Of a stretch of 64,000 nucleotides of DNA, positions 55,528 to 64,000 are shown piece by piece. The position numbers were made by a program, and so were the translations under genes. Numbering within the stretch: position 1 is the stretch's first letter; every line of letters starts with the position of its first letter. A model generated the notes under the pieces. The model did not search any database. It was not told the origin of the DNA and saw nothing but the letters and a program-made list of their open reading frames with translations. The stretch lies in NCBI GenBank assembly GCA_044892525.1, contig CM097885.1, forward strand, positions 21,082,001 to 21,146,000. Reading direction: 5' to 3'. This DNA is from Schmidtea polychroa (Eukaryota).

Positions 55528-58038
55528 CAGCGCTGGCGAACCTATGGCACGCGTGTCCAAAGTGGCACGCCAAACCTTTGAGATGAAACTAATTTGTGTA
55601 AATTTTAGTAGTATAAAATCATTGAAATCGCAATTTAACACTTCAGCATGATTTTATTGTGCAAATATTTTAGAAACCGTTAACTAGGAATCGAATAATA
55701 GGTCATTTTCAGATGGCAGAATATATATTTTTTATGATTAAATCTATAAATTATTTTCTATCATTTTTTGTATATTCCGCATTTGTTTTAACAAGTAAAA
55801 ATAAACAAGTTAAGATGCGCACGAATTTGATGACGCAGACATCTTATTCACATTATTATTGGTGAAAGATTTAATTTTTTTTGTAAATATTTAATAATTT
55901 AAAAATAGGAATTTTGTTAAATAAAATGTCGTGTTCAAAGCAAAAAAAATAAAACTTTCAGAAGAAGGAAGTAGCAGGGAATTCCAAGATTGGTGGACTG
56001 AACGATATGGAGTAATCAACCAACAAAGTAAGGCCTTGTGTGTCTTGTGTTCTGAAAGCGTTGTTTGTCCTACATCTTCAGTTAAACGTCACTATGAAAG
56101 TAATCACAAGTGGCTTCTTGGCAAAAGCGAAGATGAACAAAAAGAATATATATTGCGCCAGTTAAAAAATGCAAATTTACAATCCTGTTCGTTTGTAAAG
56201 TTTGTTAAAAGTACATCTAACTTAGTGTCTGCAAGTTTTGAAGTTTCCAAAATAATAGCTAAGCATGGCAAGCCTTTCAGTGATGGTGAATACATCAAAG
56301 AAACTTGGCTAGAGCGTTTTTTTTCAGCGAATAAAAGATCTGCCAATTAGTCGAAATACAGATTCAAATATTAAGAATCAATTAAAAGAGAACATCAAGT
56401 TATGTCAGGCCTTCTCTATTTGCCTGGACGAGAGTACTGATGTAACATCGTCGGCTCGATTAGCCACCATTGCTAGATATCCGAAAGAAAACGAAATGCG
56501 CGAAGAACTAATAAAACTAACCAAATTATCTGGAACAACAACAGGTGCAGAAATATGCCAAAAAGTCTTGGATGAACTTAAAAATGCAGATTTAGACGTA
56601 AATAAAATAGTCTCTGTAACGACTGACGGTGCACCAAGTATGACTGGAAAACATGCGGGTTTCGTGAATTTGTTTACGAAACATGTTGGACACCCACTGG
56701 TTGCGCTTCACTGTATTGTGCACCAAGAAGCCTTGTGTCCAAAATCCGGTTTGAAGGAACTTGAAGATGTTATGAAAATTGTAACAAAAATTGTAAATTT
56801 CATTACTGCTCGTGCTTTGAATAATAGAAAATTTGAACTGCTGTTAAATGAAGTCTAGTCCGTTTATTCTGGGTTACTAATGTACAATAGTGTTTGCTGG
56901 CTTAGCAGAGGTCGTGTGCTGGAACGTTTCGTGGAATGCCTTGATGAAATTCGAATGTTTATGGAAGACAACAAACAGAAGTATTCAGAGTTAACTGATG
57001 TTGACTGGCTCAGCAGACTAATGTTCTTTATAGATTTTACTTCATATCTAAATGAACACTAATAGAACACTAAGTTGCAAGGTTTTGGAAAACCGTTGAC
57101 GAGGCTTTTGAGGTTATTAAAGCATTTGAAAAGAAGTTGAAAATTTTCAAACGTGATTTGGAAAAACAAGAGTTTTAATATTTTCAAAGACTTAAATAGA
57201 AATCCATGAAACCGTTGTCAAAGAAGCTCAAATTTTGTTATTTTTAGAGACAATCGACGCAACCCTCGAAAACAATTTTCAGTGCGTTTTGGTCAGTTTA
57301 GAAAGTTTGAAGACACAACAAAATTTATAAAATATCCAGATACAGTCGAGTTTGAAAATTTGGATTTAACAATGTTCGACTGGATGGAATTACAAGTTTT
57401 TGAAATGCAGTTAGTTGAGCTACAGTCCAGCTCAATTTGGAAACACAAGTTTGTTGCCTTACGAGTGCGCCTAGAAAGAATTGAACGTGAGCACTGCAAT
57501 GGATCAGAACCGCAGCTACCAGTTGAAAACGAGGTGCCCAGTGCCTGGAATTGTCTTCCTGAAAATTTCAACTCTCTGAAAAAAGAAGCGATTGCGATTT
57601 TGTCAATTTTCTCATCTAGTTACTCGTGCGAATCATTGTTTTCATCAATGAACTTTATAAAATCAGACACCAGAAACAGTTTGACTGACGACTTGAGTGC
57701 AGCTTGTGTAGCTTTGAAGAATACAAAATATTCTCCAGGTATAAAACTTCTATCATCCACCATACAACAGCAAAAGTCACATTGATTTTACTAAGTCACT
57801 AAATCACGTTAAATATATTCTTATAGTTAAGTTATACTAATAAAGTAATTGTAGTTTTGTTAAAATTGTAGTTATAACTATTCTTTTTGACTAAACTAAA
57901 CTTGAAACATTTAATGTGAACACATGGTATGCAACGGAATCAATTAAAATGCTAAAAAATGTGCTTGGCACACCAGCGTGTTTTTATTTTTCAATTTTAA
58001 AATATTGCCACCCAATCTAAAAAAGGTTCGCCACCCCG
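55528..58038 (+). mobile_element. Decayed hAT Buster/Charlie-type transposon with a GTF2IRD2/EPM2AIP1-like transposase pseudogene
   Basis: The left TIR CAGCGCTGGCGAACCT follows ATCTAAAG (nnnTAnnn). The right end AGGTTCGCCACCCC is incomplete. ORF fragments at 55931-57785 contain CVLC, DESTD, TTDGAPSM, HCIVHQ, WLSRG and SSYSCESLFS. Confidence 0.88.
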
Positions 58039-58853
58039 TAATAGATACATTTGGAATACTTTACCCCCATGAATTGACTGCCGCCACCGATGATCAACTA
58101 TTCGACAAAGTTATAACAACAGTATTCAAATGACATAGCACCATCATTCTTCGAGCAGCTACAAAGCTTTAGAATAATTCTCAAACAAGAGATTAAAAAA
58201 ATAAATGCAATCAAAGAGTTGAGTCATCTTTTGATAATCGAAAATAATTCTCTTGTTACATCACTCTCAGATGTCTTCACTGAATATCTTCCTTTCCTCA
58301 TTTTACCAGTAACTGTGGCAACAGCAGAGAAGTCGTTCTCCAAGCTTATGCTCATCAAAAACTGTTTGCGTAGTACCATGTTGCAAGATAGACTATACCG
58401 TAGAGTGCCGATTTTAATACCATGGTACACTATATGGAAAACGCCAAAATTTTGATTTACTTTGAAATCCAAATATTATACCAGATACACTATTTGGTTT
58501 ATTATACCACTGGTACACTATTTGAGGAGGTATACTATTCGGCAATCTACCGTATGGATTAGCTATTCTCAACATAGAAAACGAAAACGTAAATAAAATG
58601 GACAGTGATGAACTTGTTAATATTTTTGCGGAGAAGAAGTGCCGCAGTGAGAAATTCTGAAATGTAGAGGTGTAGAGTGTAAAGGTGTGTCTTTAAACTC
58701 TAAATTGTATTTAATTAAAGGTATGTTAAACATGTTATGCCAATCAGGTTTACAGTGCGCGCGTTTACTTGGTTTAGTTTCTTAAAATAACTGTTGGAGT
58801 GGGACCCGTATATAAGTTTCTGTGGTGCCCGTGGTGAGATAGCTACGCCACTG
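58039..58853 (+). mobile_element. 3' fragment of a hAT (Tip100/ZMYM1-like) transposon
   Basis: The dimerisation-domain sequence ILPVTVATAEKSFSKL.LIKN.LRSTM.QDRL continues after a MITE as YGLAILNIENE...IFAEKK. The right TIR is TAGCTACGCCACTG. Confidence 0.82.
58398..58552. mobile_element. Tc1/mariner/pogo-type MITE
   Basis: The ends are TA|CCGTAGAGTGCCGA ... TCGGCAATCTACCG|TA with internal TACACTAT repeats. Removing the element plus one TA restores the hAT reading frame. Confidence 0.85.
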
Positions 58854-60215
58854 ACTCAATCATTCTTATTCACTCAGATTTCTTCAGGAAAAGAAGTCGA
58901 ATGGCAGTTGAATAATAATAATCACCATAATCTTGAATATTGTGGTACTTGTGATGATCTTCAGAAATTATTGGCAACCAAATATAATTTTTCTTTTGAA
59001 TATATTTATTATTACAAAAATTATTTTTGCATAATTATGATATCTTATTTGTTTTATTATTATTTTTCCCTAAAAAATTAGGGGACCTAAAAATGAAATA
59101 TGTCAGAGTACATACAAGGTTAGTTAAGGCACCGCTTGAAGGTCATGTTAAATATCGTTCTCCATCATGCTAATGTTTGATACTTTGGTGAATATTGGAT
59201 ACTCTTTTTGATTTTGCAATGCTCATCTTCTATACTTCTTCTATATCTCAGCTTCGAGTGTTTACATTGTGTACTACATAAGTAAGTCACAGGATCAATG
59301 TAACAACCAATTTAATTTATTTAGATTAATTAATTAATTGATTTGAGATTATAATTCGGCTTTCCGGATATTTACGATTTCCTCTCCATCGCTTCGTTAG
59401 TTTCGTTATTGACAAAATTTCCCACTTGAAATGGATGGAACAATCTGCGAATATAACGATAAATTATCTCTAATTCACACCGTGGGATTTGATTTAGTAT
59501 TTCATTGTCTTGTTTATCCTATTGGCTATGGGATTATTGTTTAGTGTCACTTCCTTACTGTATTATCTCTGTATGCTCAACGAGTTGGTTCAGTAAAACA
59601 AACAATTTCTCTATCTTGCCATATCAGTTAAAGTTGTGTAAATTTGGGTCTATCTAATTTCTATTAGAATTTCCTTCTGTTACACTAATAATTTGGAAAA
59701 AAATTATCTCACTGGATTTGATCCTCTTCATGAACATATATTTATATAAAATATATTAAAAGAGAGAGCTTGAAGACTATAAATCACTAATATATCGATA
59801 TTTTTTGATACTCACGAATTTTCGGCACTGCCTTTTTTCATCAAGCTCTCTCTTTTAATAAATTCAATCGAAAAAGTAATCAGTGGTGAAATTGGAAAAA
59901 AAATTCTTATAATTATCTAAAATATACTTAATAGGTAATGTAATTCAAGATTTTAGTTAAACAAAATATTTCCATGACGTCGTCACCTATCTTTGAATAT
60001 CATCTTTTAGACTTTTATCGTATTATTTGGACTTTTGGAATGAAGTAATTAAGATTTCCAGTTATTCACAACCATGTAATGAAAACTTCTTTCATAAACA
60101 TGAATAAAATATCTTTTTGCAAATATGCCATATAGATAGTTTTGTATACCTTTAAATATCATGAAAATTAAAATATTAAAATATAAGTAATATCTGAAAG
60201 CCCCATAAATTAACA

Positions 60216-60741
60216 CAGTGGCGTCACTAAAGTGGTCCTAGGGGTGCGGAACACACCGAGTGACTCCATCACAAGGAGTGACACCAAAATGAAAAATATC
60301 ACTGGCTATGATTCTATGTCACTCCATGAAAAAAGAATGGTGGCGGTGACGTGCACTTTTTCCAGAGGCCCGCTTCGGCGTTCGTGTCCCAGTGCAACCT
60401 CTTCTTTTGGTGTGATGTAATTTAAGAAGTTAGTTTTACACAGCTGTACCTCCAGACTAAGGGTGTAACTCTTTACAAGATGGTGATAAAGCTAGAGATG
60501 CTAAGACCTATTATGTACGAGCAGCGTAATCATCTTGTGGAGCAGGCAATTGAACAAGCGCTTTGAAAATCAGACCAATATCAAATGTCAGTAGAGAGCA
60601 GACCCAGGTTCAATAAGAGAATTACAGGTAAGAAGACAAGAGATGCTGGAATAACTCTGCAAGATAATATCAATGATATGTCGTAAAGGGGTGACACCAT
60701 GAGTTACCACACTGAGTGGTACCAACTTTGTGACACCACTG
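60216..60741. mobile_element. hAT (Tip100-type) non-autonomous element
   Basis: TIRs are CAGTGGCGTCAC / GTGACACCACTG, the 8-bp TSD AATTAACA is perfect, and GTGACACC repeats are internal. Confidence 0.9.
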
Positions 60742-61149
60742 AATTAACATACTGTAAATATTGTCAAAACTTAAAAAAATTAGGTTTACATAATATAATT
60801 AAAGTAAACGTCAATTTTCTACTTATTCTTGCTTGTTCAAAATTAAATGTAATAAAATTTTATCATTATTTCTTCTGAAATGACGCTTGTTTAAATAACT
60901 GGTATCAGTAACTACTGGTATATTAATACGTCTATTAATTTAAACAAATAAATCATTTTATTTAACCCTTTCATGGTCTGAAAGACTTATAAAATAATAA
61001 GAAAATCTTAATGTCTTTTACGTAAGGTTTTCAATGATGAATTTCCAAAAATACGTATTTTCCAATAAGTATATTTGATCTTTTGTTGTAGAAAAAAACA
61101 AAAGCATTATTTTCTAGATATTCGAAGGGTATATGTATACTATGGCTAG

Positions 61150-61686
61150 CAGAGCCGTAGCTAGGGAAAATGGCGCCCGGACGAGATTGAAATTTGGCGC
61201 CCCTAGTGCCAAAAGAATCCACCACTTCCATTAATTATGGAATTGGTCTTGAAGAGTCAAATTAAGATGCAAAGCTATACATTGCTTAACCAAACTTATA
61301 TTATAACGAAAACCAATTAATTATAAATATTTATTATACATGTGTATATACATATATAGCTTCATCTCCCATATCAGCGGTGGCCGAGTTTGCAAGAAAT
61401 GAGTTGCCATGTTTCATAAAATTTCCCTTACTATGAAAAAAATAATTCTGATTCTTTTCTCAATATTGAAATTTCATTAATATTGAAAATTTATTTACTC
61501 CGTATTTATTAAATCTAAGTTCAGAGTTTTGATCATTAATTCCTATTAAGGTTACTATTATATATTTAATATGAAAAAAAGAAAGAAAAACAAAACAAAT
61601 TTAAATGATCATTTCACAGTTTTGTCGCCCTTCGACTCGGCGCCCAGGGCGGTAGCCCCATTCGCCACCCCCTACCTACGGCTCTG
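61150..61686. mobile_element. hAT non-autonomous element
   Basis: TIRs are CAGAGCCGTAGCTAGGG / CCCTACCTACGGCTCTG, the TSD is ATGGCTAG / ATGGTTAG, and GGCGCCC repeats are internal. Confidence 0.88.
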
Positions 61687-62538
61687 ATGGTTAGAGTTAA
61701 TTTTACATTATTTCTTTTTGTAATTGACTTTCTTATTTAATTTTTGTTTTTTATATATTTTTGAATTTTTTCATTATCATTTATATAAAATAAAGTTCTA
61801 TTGGGTAGAATTATTATTTTCTTTACAATAAGTTTATTTAAAACTGTATTATGATAAAATATTTTTAAGACATTTTTATTAGTATTAAAAATTTAGGACA
61901 TTTAGTAATTTAGTTTGAATTGAGTAAAAGTTTCATTAAGGTCAAAAGTGCAAAAATAAAATTTTAAATTAAATTAATTTAATTTTATATCTGAACCAAG
62001 TTACATTTGAAATTTATTTTTATCTGATATTAATTTTTCAAATTTGTAAGTAATTAATTTTTTCTTGAAGTTTCATTATAAAATTTATAACAGTTTTAAA
62101 CCTAATATGACAATTTGGAGTAGATTTCATAACCGAGACAGGCAAGTAAATTAAATCGTTTTGATTAAGAATTAATTTAAAAGTAATTTCAAAAATTAGA
62201 ATCTTAAAATTTTATTCCGTGCAATAATTTCAAGCTGCCAGCCTGTGGCCAATGTTAAGAAACAAACAACAGCAGAACTGATCATATCTTTTTGCTTAAA
62301 ATTCCCTGATAGAGTCGCATTGGTAATTCATTATACCCCCCCCCCCCCAATATTTTTATTTATGTCCCAGTAAAACTAAATATACATTGATATACTTTGT
62401 ATTTTCCTAAAGAAATGGTCAGGGAGTCCATTTATTAAATATTGGGAAATATAATTAAAATGTACTTATTTAGGATTCAATTATATTATTTGCTTTGTAT
62501 ATTCTTATGAAACACGTTTATATTGAATAATAATGATG

Positions 62539-62654
<116 letters not shown>

Positions 62655-62861
62655 TAATAATAAATAATAAATAATATTAATAATAAAGTTTAAATTCTTC
62701 AGAAATTTTTTTTATTATTTTCAATCAATGATAAGTAAGAAAAATTATATTATTAATTATATTATTTATATTATTCGTATTAATTATATTATTCGTAGCA
62801 AAAGGCTTAAATTATCATTTAATTGTTTTAAATTTAATTAAGGCTGCTACCAAGAAATCAT

Positions 62862-62966
<105 letters not shown>

Positions 62967-64000
62967 CAATGTCAATTAAAAAGAAATCAGAAGTGAAAAT
63001 TAGAAAAAAAGTTCTCATAATAATAATAATAATAAAATATTGTTAGACAAATTGATCAATTATATTATTCTAATTATAACAAAAAGTTAATTTTTTTTAC
63101 GATTTGTTTTTGTTTTTCCTTCTTACATTTCTAATTAGTAATTAACAATTTCATTGTTTAATTTTTATTGATTTTGTTATTTTTCTTTTATTTTCAATTT
63201 CTTTTTCTCAGAATTCTAGATCGAAACATTCAATCTTTTTCATAGCCTCGCCATTATTTTACTCATTTACCAATTTCGATAAAAAATTTCAGTGACCGGA
63301 AATATCACAAACCGCCAGTCAAATACTTTCACCCGCCATTTTCGACGTGTTTACTCGTTAATATTCATATATTTCAACAGTAAATGTCTGATAAATCCAA
63401 CTTCGGAAAACACAACTTTTATTTATCCATATTTCTTGGTAAGCGCAACTTATTGTAACTTATTGTAATAAGTTATATTTACAAACTTGGCAACCTTTAT
63501 ATAACATTAACAGTATTAGAAGGCATTAGATTAAACACAATTATTAATATTAAATAAGTTTCAACATGATATTTACCATTATTATTGTTTAAATCAATAT
63601 TTCCCCCAACGATTTCTGTTCGTGGAACCTCAAAATTTAAAGATTGGGAATAAATTTATTTTAAAACTATTAGTGAAAGGAATGGCACTCAATTGACGAC
63701 AGGCAAACTTTCATTTCTTGGTCAACTATCAGTAATCGTTCACGCTTCTTAGATTTAATTTCGGATAGTGCTGAGAATCCTAATTCACATAAATATAATG
63801 TTGCAAATGTATTTGACTATAATTAATAGCGTATGTTACAATTTGTTTGACGAAACTTGACGAATGGACTGAAAATTTGAATTACAATCGAAGATATCCG
63901 TTGGAGAAATTTTAAAATTGGCAATATCTGAGCAATGTCAGAGCTCATTATCCTGTGGAATCCTTGAGTTTTCTCACGGAATCCTGGGGTTCTGTATGAA

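Noticed and set aside
59768..59800. Hammerhead-like TTGAAGA...AATATATC in the family C repeat
   Set aside because: It lacks an intact GAAA and a convincing stem II in the copies visible here.
60962..61030. TTAACCCTTT suggesting a piggyBac end
   Set aside because: No matching right TIR with TTAA was found.
63240..63360. YY1-like CGCCATTTT and ETS-like CCGGAAAT motifs suggesting a promoter
   Set aside because: No associated coding exon is identifiable, and motifs alone are insufficient.

Overview
This is very AT-rich animal genomic DNA with abundant (AAT)n and (TA)n microsatellites. The composition, the short introns and the repeat content resemble a triclad flatworm, but that is inference only. 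The one clear host gene is a two-exon scratch (Snail-superfamily, five zinc fingers) transcription factor at 19402-20761, set in a TE-rich gene desert. The dominant structure is a ~21.5-kb Polinton/Maverick deletion derivative at 28935-50390, with ~330-bp TIRs starting AGTAGA and a perfect 6-bp TSD (CTTATC). It carries a protein-primed PolB fragment and an apparently intact, intron-containing IAP-type RING gene. Nested inside it are a Penelope fragment, a 1.28-kb tandem repeat, and an 8.28-kb near-perfect tandem duplication containing an intact 752-aa hAT-like (probably hATm) transposon and a frameshifted Buster/Charlie hAT. Elsewhere there are several Penelope-like retroelements whose ends contain minimal type I hammerhead ribozymes, including a U3:A8 core variant. 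The window also holds a Ty3/Gypsy integrase remnant, decayed hAT transposases, and many MITEs (hAT, pogo/Tc1, MULE, piggyBac, Ginger-like) with identifiable TIRs and TSDs.
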